A stretch of 64,000 nucleotides of DNA from Actinomycetes bacterium (GTDB lineage Bacteria > Actinomycetota > Actinomycetes > Propionibacteriales > Propionibacteriaceae), in assembly GCA_023425145.1 (NCBI GenBank), contig JAFADF010000065.1, forward strand, positions 11,528-75,527, in the 5' to 3' direction. The translations under genes were made by a program, and so were the position numbers. This document shows, piece after piece, positions 9,432 through 17,520 of this stretch. Positions within the stretch are counted from its first letter, which is position 1. Every line of letters starts with the position of its first letter. The notes under the pieces are model-generated. The model saw nothing but the letters and a program-made list of their open reading frames with translations. It was not told the origin of the DNA and did no database searches.

Positions 9432-10355
9432 TCAGCCGTTGCTGGCCGCCGCATAGCTGTTGGCGACGCCGGCGACCTTGTCGACGTAGGCGTCGGAGTG
9501 GTTGTAGGAGTAGATCGCGGCCCGCCAGCCGGACGGGCTGCGCAACGACCCGGACGCACACAGGTAGCGGCCGGCGGCCAGCGCGGCGTCGTCGATCTGG
9601 TTCGGATCGGCCTTGCCGTCCCCATTGCCATCGGCACCCCAGCGCCGCCAGGTGGCCGGAATGAACTGCATCGGCCCGACCGCTCGATCCCAGGTGCTGT
9701 CACCGTCCCAGACCCCGTTGTCGGAGTCTCGGATCATGCCCAATCCACTGCCGTCGAGAGCCGGGCCGCGGATCGGCACACTGGACAGACCCGACTCCAG
9801 CAACTGCCCGTCCTGATGTTCGCCGTGGCTGGATTCGACAGCGCCGATCGCGGCCAGCGTGTTCCAGGACAGTCCGCAGGCCGGCTGCTCCTTGGCCAGG
9901 CCGATCGCCGCCGAGGCATAGCCGGCCAAGGCCCGGGACGGGATTCCGGTGGCAGCCGCGACGCGACGCAGCCATCCGGTGTCCGCGGTGTACCGCGGCC
10001 CGAAGCTCGACTGCGCACTCGTCGCCGTCGGGCTCGGCGAAGCCTGATCAGAGACCGGCTCCTCGGCCACGGCCTCGTCGGTCACCGGCTCGCCGATCAC
10101 CGGGGCCGGCTGCGCGACCGGGATCTCCGGGTTCACCGCCCGGGCCGATGCGCTTGCAGCCAGGACCACGATCCCACCGGCCGCGGCTGCGAACACCAGC
10201 ACCACCGACACCAGCTTGGAGACCAGCGGGCGCCAGCGCCGTCCCCCTCCCCCGGGAACGGGCGCCGGTGTCTGCTCCGGGGCCGGAGCAGGCGTGCGAG
10301 CTGGGTCCGAGGCCGCGGCGAGCGGGTCAGCCAAATCGGCCAGTGACGTAGTCAT
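9432..10355 (-). CDS. Membrane-anchored lytic murein transglycosylase (SLT_2/MltB-like)
   Basis: N-terminal TM, AVESSHG catalytic Glu, [22 protein letters not shown]; start uncertain (10355 or TTG 10334); overlaps the pstB end. Confidence 0.88.
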   Translation of the reverse strand: MTTSLADLADPLAAASDPARTPAPAPEQTPAPVPGGGGRRWRPLVSKLVSVVLVFAAAAGGIVVLAASASARAVNPEIPVAQPAPVIGEPVTDEAVAEEPVSDQASPSPTATSAQSSFGPRYTADTGWLRRVAAATGIPSRALAGYASAAIGLAKEQPACGLSWNTLAAIGAVESSHGEHQDGQLLESGLSSVPIRGPALDGSGLGMIRDSDNGVWDGDSTWDRAVGPMQFIPATWRRWGADGNGDGKADPNQIDDAALAAGRYLCASGSLRSPSGWRAAIYSYNHSDAYVDKVAGVANSYAAASNG

Positions 10356-11298
10356 GCGTCCGGGAATCCTGCGGAGTGGAGAACATGGCGTCGGTATCAC
10401 CGTGCTCGACGATCACGCCCGGCTGACCCTGCGCGGCAAGGAAGAACGCGCACTGCTGGGAGACGCGCTGGGCCTGCTGCATGTTGTGGGTGACGATCAC
10501 GATGGTCACCTCGTTGCGCAACTCGAGCATGGTCTCCTCGATGACCCGAGTCGAGGTCGGGTCGAGCGCAGAACACGGCTCGTCCATCAACAAGATGGCC
10601 GGCTTCACCGCCAGCGACCGGGCGATGCACAGCCGCTGCTGCTGGCCGCCGGACAAGCCGCCGCCGGGCTGGCGCAGCCGGTCCTTGACCTCGTTCCACA
10701 ACCCGGCCCGGGCCAGGCTGGTCTCGACGAGCTGGTCGCGGTGATCCCGATCGACCTTCACCCCGGTCAGGCTGAGCCCGGCCACCACGTTGTCGTAGAT
10801 CGACATGGCCGGGAACGGATTCGGCTTCTGGAAGACCATGCCGATCTTCTTGCGGGCATCGACCAGTTTGTGGCGTCGGTCGTAGATGTCGTCGCCGTCG
10901 AGCAGCACCTCACCGGCCAGAGACGCGGACGGAACCAGTTCGTGCATCCGGTTCAGGATCCGCAGGAAGGTGGACTTGCCACAGCCGGACGGACCGATCA
11001 GCGAGGTGATCACCCCCGGCGGCATGTCGAGTGAGACCCGGTCGAGCACCTTTCGCTCACCGAACCAGGCCGAGATCGCACGAGCTTCGAGCCCGGAGAG
11101 TTTCGGCATCGGCGGGGCCATCGGTGCGGGGGCGATCGGTGCCGGGGCGGGGTGCCCACCGGCACGGAACTGCGTCGGCGGTACCGTCGACACCGGCTCG
11201 GCCATGGCTGGGGCGACCGTCGCCGTCCAACTCGGCGTCGGCGCGGGGACGGCCGGCAGCGGCTGGGTCGGTTCAACCACCCGGTCAGGGACGCTCAT
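10327..11298 (-). CDS. pstB: Phosphate ABC transporter ATPase (copy 1, Pro-rich N-terminal extension)
   Basis: [49 protein letters not shown]. Confidence 0.93.
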   Translation of the reverse strand: MSVPDRVVEPTQPLPAVPAPTPSWTATVAPAMAEPVSTVPPTQFRAGGHPAPAPIAPAPMAPPMPKLSGLEARAISAWFGERKVLDRVSLDMPPGVITSLIGPSGCGKSTFLRILNRMHELVPSASLAGEVLLDGDDIYDRRHKLVDARKKIGMVFQKPNPFPAMSIYDNVVAGLSLTGVKVDRDHRDQLVETSLARAGLWNEVKDRLRQPGGGLSGGQQQRLCIARSLAVKPAILLMDEPCSALDPTSTRVIEETMLELRNEVTIVIVTHNMQQAQRVSQQCAFFLAAQGQPGVIVEHGDTDAMFSTPQDSRTHDYVTGRFG

Positions 11299-11350
11299 CG
11301 GCTAGTAGTCCTCACAATCAGTTCGGCGGTGTCGTCCGCCTGGGTCGAGC

Positions 11351-12367
11351 TCATAGCAGGTTGGGCAGGAATCGGACGATCTGGTCGGCGACCAGCAGGC
11401 AGCTCAGGGTGAGCACCGGGACGAACACCACCCAGGTTCGCGACCAGCCGAACCGGCGATAGGCGTAGCTGGCAGCGATTTCGGCGACCACCAGCAGTTG
11501 CAGCGCGAAGACCAGTGCCCAGGCGGTGCTGAAGTCGCCGGCCAGCTCGCGGGCATTGCCCGGCAGCGAGGCGGAGGTGGTCATCCGGCCGCCGTTGGCC
11601 TGGGTGGCCGAGACCAGTTCGGCGTCCACTCGGACCACGCCCTGCGGGAAGTAGGGTCCGCCGCGCGCCGTCTCGAGCACCATCCGGGAGCGTCCGGTGG
11701 CCGGCGCGGCCGGTGCCGGATCGCCGGCGTAGCGCACTCCGATCACCCGGAACAGCTGCTCCCCCTGGCCGGTGACCACACTGATCGCCTCGCCGGGAGG
11801 CAGTTCCTGGATCCTGGCGAACGGGCCACCGAAGGCACTGGCCCGACCCATGATCACGCTGACGCCGCCCTGCCCCGGCAGTGGGGTGTCCCGGCGATGG
11901 CCGGGCCCCTTGGCCAGCACGGACGACGTCGTGCCCTCGCCGACGATCTCGCTGATCCCCAGTGCCGGGATCTCCAGCCGAGCCACCGGAGCACCGTCGG
12001 TGAGCAGGACGCCGTCCACATCGCCCTCGTTGACCGGGGCGGTGCCGTCGGCCAGCTGAGCGGTGAACAGGTCTCTGGCCTGCTGCTGTGCGATCACGTG
12101 CTGCAGGTGACTGAGCCCAACCAGGTCGATCAGGAAGGCGGCCAACAGGGCAGCCACCAGCCCGAGACTGCCGCGGATCAGCAGCTGAGTGCGGGTCAGC
12201 GGCGCATACTGCGGGAGTTGGCGGGGCAGCCGCTTGGGCGGCCGCCGGAAACGGTCGGGGGTGCCGGGGGCCACCGTGCCGCTGGAGCGGCGACCCGGCT
12301 CCGCGGCGGGCGGACGTGGCGCCTCCAGGACGGTGCCGGCTCCCGCGGCCCCGAAATGCTGGCTCAT
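11351..12367 (-). CDS. Sortase-fold membrane protein lacking catalytic His/Cys (pseudo-sortase)
   Basis: ARLEIPALG..VGEG..L.KGPGH..TPLPGQ.G sortase signature; IMGRAS in place of IAGHR and VLETA in place of TLTTC; one N-terminal and two C-terminal TMs. Confidence 0.8.
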   Translation of the reverse strand: MSQHFGAAGAGTVLEAPRPPAAEPGRRSSGTVAPGTPDRFRRPPKRLPRQLPQYAPLTRTQLLIRGSLGLVAALLAAFLIDLVGLSHLQHVIAQQQARDLFTAQLADGTAPVNEGDVDGVLLTDGAPVARLEIPALGISEIVGEGTTSSVLAKGPGHRRDTPLPGQGGVSVIMGRASAFGGPFARIQELPPGEAISVVTGQGEQLFRVIGVRYAGDPAPAAPATGRSRMVLETARGGPYFPQGVVRVDAELVSATQANGGRMTTSASLPGNARELAGDFSTAWALVFALQLLVVAEIAASYAYRRFGWSRTWVVFVPVLTLSCLLVADQIVRFLPNLL

Positions 12368-13155
12368 TCGACCCCGGCTTCCGGCGCGGGCTGGTCACCG
12401 GCCGCGTCCGGCGTGGCCTCGGCTGCAGCCTCATCGGGGTTGCCGGGACGTCCCCGCCACCAGCGCCAGCCCACGAAGCCGGCAGCACCGAGCGCGGCCA
12501 GCAGGATCACGAACCAGGGCAGGAACCAGACCACCTCTTCGCGATGGACGGGGCTGAGGCTCTGCGAACCGAGTCGTGGCGGCGGGGTGAAGACCATTCG
12601 GGCCGTCACCACCGTCCACTGCGCCATCCCGCTGATCGTGGTCGAGACCGTCCGGGTCTCCCCCGGCTGCAGGCTGAGTACGCCCACGGTGGCCGACTGG
12701 CCGACCACCTGGCCGAAGATCCCGGTCACCCAGAACTGGGCGCTGGCATCGACCGGCTTGGTGAAGGCGTTGCGGACGGTGAAGTGGAGCTCCAGCGCAC
12801 CGGCGGCCGGGTTCAACGACGGGGTGTAGCTCCAGCCCAAACCGCTGACGTAGAGCAGCCCGCCCAGTTCCACCTCACCCGTGCTCGGCCCGTCGGTAGG
12901 GGTGCCGGTGCCCTCGGTACCGGCCACGGTCGGCTCGGGAGCGCTCGAACTTGACGACGAGGTGGACGATGCCTTCGGAGTGGACGATGACGTCGAGCTC
13001 GGCGACGGACTGGTCGACAAGACGTCCACGCTCAGGCCGATGCTGTCATCGGCGCTCGCCCGTGGGGCCAGCCCGGAGGCGGCCAGCAACAGGCTGCCGC
13101 TGAGCACCAGGCCCAGCAGCAGTGGTGTCAGTTCACGGGCGCGTCCGCGCCTCAC
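12364..13155 (-). CDS. Secreted, C-terminally anchored protein, paralog of the C-terminal half of the adjacent DUF916 protein
   Basis: Signal peptide, Ser/Thr linker; YTPSLNP..TVRN..LQPGET..FLPW+TM parallels YHSGLNP..TITN..ILPGST..AIPW+TM; GTGA overlap with upstream gene. Confidence 0.75.
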   Translation of the reverse strand: MRRGRARELTPLLLGLVLSGSLLLAASGLAPRASADDSIGLSVDVLSTSPSPSSTSSSTPKASSTSSSSSSAPEPTVAGTEGTGTPTDGPSTGEVELGGLLYVSGLGWSYTPSLNPAAGALELHFTVRNAFTKPVDASAQFWVTGIFGQVVGQSATVGVLSLQPGETRTVSTTISGMAQWTVVTARMVFTPPPRLGSQSLSPVHREEVVWFLPWFVILLAALGAAGFVGWRWWRGRPGNPDEAAAEATPDAAGDQPAPEAGVE

Positions 13156-14315
13156 TGGGGGTCCTGCCCGTCGGCATCATCGCTGTGCGTCCACACCGAG
13201 ACGCCGGTGACGTCGTCGGGCAGGATCGCCCGCTGCGCGGCCAGCGAGCCGGACGCCACCGCCACAGCCAACTCTTGGGCATCGGCCTCAGCTGCCCGAG
13301 CCGCCGCCTCGGCCTCGGTGTGGGCCATCCACTCCCGGGCGTAGCGGTCCTCGCGGCGGCGACGCAGCCACAGCACCAGCCAGACCACACCGCCGAGCAG
13401 CAGCACGGCCACGATCGCCCACGGGATGGCGGCGATCAGCAGGTCACGCTGGATCACCGGCAGCGGGCCGGGATCGGGGGCATCACCGGAGATCCCACCT
13501 TGGAGCAGCATCCGGACCGAGGCGAAGCCGACCTGCGGGACGCCGGTGATCTCGTAGTTCACCGTGGTGGTGCTGCCGGGCAGGATCTCGGGCAGCTCGG
13601 CTCGCGAGGTGCGTCCGATGGCCGCCCCGAACCAGGTGCTGGCAGTGAGCGTTGTGGCGCCTTCGAGGGCGACGTTGCCGCTGTTGGTGATGGTGGCGGT
13701 CACGCTGATCGAGCCGTCCAGCGGGTTCAGCCCGGAGTGGTAGACCCCGGAGAAGCTGGTGATGGTGAGAATCGGCTGGAGGTCACCCGATACCCGGACG
13801 TACATCCGGTTCGCGATGCGGCGCTCGACGGTGACCTGCCCGCTGGTGACTGCGGAGGCGATCACGCCGGCCGGGTGGTCGCCGGGGCCGGCGTCGGCGG
13901 GGATGGTGACGGTGAACGGGACGGTCTTCGACTCGCCACGTTTGAGGGTCAGGCCCAGCTTGGGACGTCCGTCGAAGGTGACCCAGGCGGACGCACCGGC
14001 CTTCTTCTCCGAGCCGTCGGCGAGGGCGAAGTCGCCGTTCTCGTCGTTGTAGGCGTCCGCCGCGTACAGGGTGACTTCGATCTTGGAGGAGCCGGTGTTG
14101 GTCACCCGGACGTGATCGGTCAGCGTCTGGCCGGGCTTGGCCTGATAGGTGAACCGGCTGCGGCCGTCCGGCTTGCCCTTGGTGTCGGCCGGCGAGATGC
14201 CGATCCCGACGGTGTCTTCGGCGTGCGCCACTCCGGTCGTCAGCACCACGCCGCCCAGGCCGAGTACTGCTGCAGCGATCAGAGCGCCGAATCGGCGGAG
14301 GGTCGCAGAGGTCAT
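13152..14315 (-). CDS. DUF916 / WxL-interacting protein (WxLIP, CscA-like)
   Basis: Signal peptide ending AHA; RSRFTYQAKPGQTLTDHVRVTN..LYAADA; PFTVTIPADAGPGDHPAGV; NSGNV; C-terminal TM + RRRR. Confidence 0.82.
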   Translation of the reverse strand: MTSATLRRFGALIAAAVLGLGGVVLTTGVAHAEDTVGIGISPADTKGKPDGRSRFTYQAKPGQTLTDHVRVTNTGSSKIEVTLYAADAYNDENGDFALADGSEKKAGASAWVTFDGRPKLGLTLKRGESKTVPFTVTIPADAGPGDHPAGVIASAVTSGQVTVERRIANRMYVRVSGDLQPILTITSFSGVYHSGLNPLDGSISVTATITNSGNVALEGATTLTASTWFGAAIGRTSRAELPEILPGSTTTVNYEITGVPQVGFASVRMLLQGGISGDAPDPGPLPVIQRDLLIAAIPWAIVAVLLLGGVVWLVLWLRRRREDRYAREWMAHTEAEAAARAAEADAQELAVAVASGSLAAQRAILPDDVTGVSVWTHSDDADGQDPQ

Positions 14316-14354
14316 GGCTCTACCCTTTGTCCTTCACAAATCTGTTGTGTGGCG

Positions 14355-14387
14355 GTTATCGGACCGCCGGGTGAACGGCGGACGAAC
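14355..14387 (-). promoter_or_regulatory. Internal PHO-box-like direct repeats upstream of the DUF916 gene
   Basis: Minus-strand 11-bp units GTTCGTCCGCC / GTTCACCCGGC / GGTCCGATAAC. Confidence 0.65.
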
Positions 14388-14418
14388 GAAGTTGACGACC
14401 CCCCGAAAGGGGCAGGCG

Positions 14419-14529
14419 GCGCGTCCGCACCCGGGGCTGAAACCCGCGTGCGGACGCGCCTGGGACTGACGCTGAACTGAACGGATGGGGACAGTCACCG
14501 CTGGCGAAAGACGGCCTGTCCCCACCCGT
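14419..14529 (-). terminator. Two tandem strong hairpins 3' of the WxL-like gene
   Basis: gcgcgtccgcac...gtgcggacgcgc (about 14419-14459) and acggatggggacag...ctgtccccacccgt (14481-14529). Confidence 0.65.
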
Positions 14530-14535
14530 CCCAGA

Positions 14536-16209
14536 TCACTGGGAGATCAGGGTCAGGGTGAGGGTGGAGGTGTAGGTGCCGGCCGGCTTGCCCGCGGGTG
14601 CGGTGAAGGTGAGGTCGGCATCGTAGGTGCTGGTACCGGAGTACTTGCCGGAGCCCAGGGTGGCGAAGTACCACGGGTAGCTGGCGCTGCCCGAGACCTG
14701 CTCGTCACCCAGGGTCGGAGCGGTGGCGTCGGTTCCGACCTGAGAGACGGCCTTGGGCTTGATGCCGAGCGCGGAGGCCGCGATCGTGTCGGTGCCCTTG
14801 GTGAAGTCGGTCACGCTGGTCTGGAGGTTCCAGCCCGGCTTGGAGACCTGACGCAGGTCGGTCACCTTGAAGCTGCCCAGGGTGCCGGACACGACGGACT
14901 TGCCGTTGACGATCGCCGGGTTGGTCAGGTTCACGGTGTCGCCGCTGAGGTTGGTCAGCGAGAACTCACCGTCGCTCGGGGCCACCGCAGCGGCCTCGGC
15001 GTTGATGGTCTTGGTGATCGACGGACTGATCGCGGCGTCGGTCTTGTCGAAGTCGGCCCAGGCGATGACCTCATAGGTCGTCGGGTCGACGATGGCCACC
15101 TTGTGGGTGCCGGCGGCGAGGCCGGAGACGTCCGCGACGACCTTGCCGTCGGTCACGGTCTGGGTGCCGAGGAAGGTCGCGGTGGAGTAGGCGAACACGT
15201 TCACGGACTTCGCGTTGTTCGCCGCGTCCACGTTCAGGGTGACCTTGTGCGTGGTGGCGTCGTAGCTCGCCGTCGCGCCGTTGGCCGTGCCGGAGTTCAG
15301 CGCACCCTCGGTGGGAGCATTCGGAACGACCGGCGGGGGCGGCGTGGTGACCTCGACCGACAGATCGGACGAGGTAGATGCCAGGAACTTGTCGCTGCCG
15401 ACGGTGTTCTCGACGAACTTGGCCGAGTAGGTCTGGGTGCCGGTGGCATCCGGGGTCACCGCGTAGGACGCGGAGCCGCTGGACAGTGCCCGGGTGGCCA
15501 GCTTGGTGGCGCCCTTGTAGAACTCAACGTTGCCGGACGGGGTCTTGCCCGAGGCGGCCACAGTCGCGGTCAGGTTCACCGAGCTGCCGAGCTCGATCGA
15601 GGCCTTGTCGGCGACCAGCGTGGTCGTGGTAGCCACGTCGGCAATCGTCACCGGGGTGGCGAACTTCCAGGTGCCGGTCGTGGCGTCCACGTTGATCGTG
15701 GTGAAGTACGCAGCGGTCACCGTGCTGGGGCCGCTGCGGTAGGCAACGCCCAGGCTGAAGGTGCCACCGGCACTCAGGATGCTCGACTGGCTGCCGTACC
15801 CCAGACCGATCGGAGTGATGTTCGGGAGGAATGCGCCCTTGTTGTTCAGGTTGACCTCGTCAGCCCACGCCTTCCAGCTGGACGGCGTGCGCTCCGCACC
15901 CGGAGCGGAGATGAACGGCGTCTCGGTGAGAGAGCCCGAGACGAAGGGCAGCCGCATCGGAGCGGTGTCGGTTGGGGCGGTCGGCGCCGGGACAGCGGAG
16001 AGGATGACGCCCAGCGGAGAGTCCCACTCGAGCTGCGTTCCCGCTGCGTAACCGGTGTTCGTGTCGGCGTCCACCAGGTACACCGGTGCATCCGAACCCG
16101 AAGGGAAGGTGGTCGGCTCAGTCGCTGCAAAGGCAGTGCTGGCAAAGCCGACGGACGCGATCAGGGCGGCGAGCGTGCCCGCCCCGATGCGACGCAATGA
16201 TGCGTTCAT
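14536..16209 (-). CDS. Secreted Ig-like + WxL-like domain surface protein
   Basis: Signal peptide ending AFA; Ig-like ATTTTL..G.V.F..G..YSAKF; C-terminal VTDLRQVSKPGWNL...F...GTYTSTLTLTL resembles a WxL domain; no TM anchor. Confidence 0.78.
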   Translation of the reverse strand: MNASLRRIGAGTLAALIASVGFASTAFAATEPTTFPSGSDAPVYLVDADTNTGYAAGTQLEWDSPLGVILSAVPAPTAPTDTAPMRLPFVSGSLTETPFISAPGAERTPSSWKAWADEVNLNNKGAFLPNITPIGLGYGSQSSILSAGGTFSLGVAYRSGPSTVTAAYFTTINVDATTGTWKFATPVTIADVATTTTLVADKASIELGSSVNLTATVAASGKTPSGNVEFYKGATKLATRALSSGSASYAVTPDATGTQTYSAKFVENTVGSDKFLASTSSDLSVEVTTPPPPVVPNAPTEGALNSGTANGATASYDATTHKVTLNVDAANNAKSVNVFAYSTATFLGTQTVTDGKVVADVSGLAAGTHKVAIVDPTTYEVIAWADFDKTDAAISPSITKTINAEAAAVAPSDGEFSLTNLSGDTVNLTNPAIVNGKSVVSGTLGSFKVTDLRQVSKPGWNLQTSVTDFTKGTDTIAASALGIKPKAVSQVGTDATAPTLGDEQVSGSASYPWYFATLGSGKYSGTSTYDADLTFTAPAGKPAGTYTSTLTLTLISQ

Positions 16210-16244
16210 AGTCGTGCCTTTCGAGGAGTCTTGGCGGGCCGGAA

Positions 16245-17408
16245 TCACTTGGTGTCCGAACGCAGCACCGTGGTGTCGGAGACAGTGAGGAAGCCGTAGA
16301 CACGCTTCACGCCACCGGCCGAGGACGCCGAGGTGCTCATGTTGACCAGGCTGGACGGGCGGCTCGGGTCGAGCAGCTTGGCCAGCGTGGCGTCGTACTT
16401 GGCGGTGTTGGTCGAGTCGATCCGAGCAGCCTCAACCACCAGGTAGGTGTCCCGACCGAAGGTCGAGTTGGAGTAGTAGGTCGGGTTCGGGGCCAGCGGG
16501 CTGGTACCGGTCACGGCCGGGATCGGGTTGTTCGATCCGTCCTTGAGCGGAGTGCCGAGCCGCACCGCTCCCGAGGCCGGGATGGTGTTGGGAGCGACAC
16601 CGTTCTTCTGGGAAACCCAGTTCGCCGCGGAGAACGGCACGATGTAGGCGGTGCCACTCGGGACCGATGCGGGGAAGACCGTCGCATCGTTCTCGGCCAG
16701 AGTGTTGCTGTTGGTGTACACGGCGGTGCCAGCGGTGTTGTTGGAGATGCCGATCGCACCCAGGAAGAACTTGCGGGTACCAGAGCCGCTCTGCGGCAGG
16801 TAGGCCTTGATGGTGGTGCCGTTGATGACCTGGTCGGAACTCGCGCCGTAGATGGCGTTGAGCTGAGAAGCCGACAGGTTGGCCACATTGGTGGCGTCGG
16901 CCTCGCTGCCGCCGACGTAGGCGTAGGCGACAGCGTCCCGTCCGAACGGAACCCAGGCGAGGATTCCGTTCGCCTTCGGGTTCGCCGGCGGGGCGGACGA
17001 CCGGGCGATGTCGACCAGGCCGCCGACGTTCACCGCGGCGACGCCATTCGCACCATAGGTGGTGTTGTTGATGGAGGCGACCAGCGCATCAACACCGGCC
17101 CCGGAACCACTCGGACGAGCGAAGGCATTGCCGGCCGGCTTGGTCTGAATGGTGCCGCCAGCCACGTTGTAGCCGGGGGCGAAAGCGTCGAAGTTGCCGA
17201 TGCTCGCGCTGCCAGCCAGAATGCGGACCCGCGCGCCGGTGGCGTCAGTCCCATTAGTCAGAGCGTCAACGGCGGACTGAAGGGTATCTGAGCCAACGAT
17301 TGCATAGCTGTTGGAGACCGGGTCAGCGAAAGCCGGGGTCACCACGGCGACGGTCGACAGGATGATTCCTGCGGCCACACCGAGGACCAGAGGCCTCTTG
17401 ATCTTCAT
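16245..17408 (-). CDS. Secreted PstS/DING-like substrate-binding protein (PBP type 2)
   Basis: RBS AAGGAAAGGA; signal peptide ending AFA; VGSDT, RPSGSGAG, DIARSS, PQSGSGTRKFF. Confidence 0.78.
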   Translation of the reverse strand: MKIKRPLVLGVAAGIILSTVAVVTPAFADPVSNSYAIVGSDTLQSAVDALTNGTDATGARVRILAGSASIGNFDAFAPGYNVAGGTIQTKPAGNAFARPSGSGAGVDALVASINNTTYGANGVAAVNVGGLVDIARSSAPPANPKANGILAWVPFGRDAVAYAYVGGSEADATNVANLSASQLNAIYGASSDQVINGTTIKAYLPQSGSGTRKFFLGAIGISNNTAGTAVYTNSNTLAENDATVFPASVPSGTAYIVPFSAANWVSQKNGVAPNTIPASGAVRLGTPLKDGSNNPIPAVTGTSPLAPNPTYYSNSTFGRDTYLVVEAARIDSTNTAKYDATLAKLLDPSRPSSLVNMSTSASSAGGVKRVYGFLTVSDTTVLRSDTK

Positions 17409-17458
17409 GTGAGATCCTTTCCTTGCAGTACCTGGTCGTCCGCGGACGCGGCGACCCT

Positions 17459-17495
17459 CCGGGCGGGGGCGTTTTCCAAGGCGGCCCCCGCCCGG
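17459..17495. other. GC-rich intergenic hairpin 5' of the PstS-like/WxL gene pair
   Basis: ccgggcgggggc ... gcccccgcccgg, 12-bp inverted repeat. Confidence 0.6.
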
Positions 17496-17520
17496 TTGTC
17501 TGTGGTGACGGCAGTGGCCG

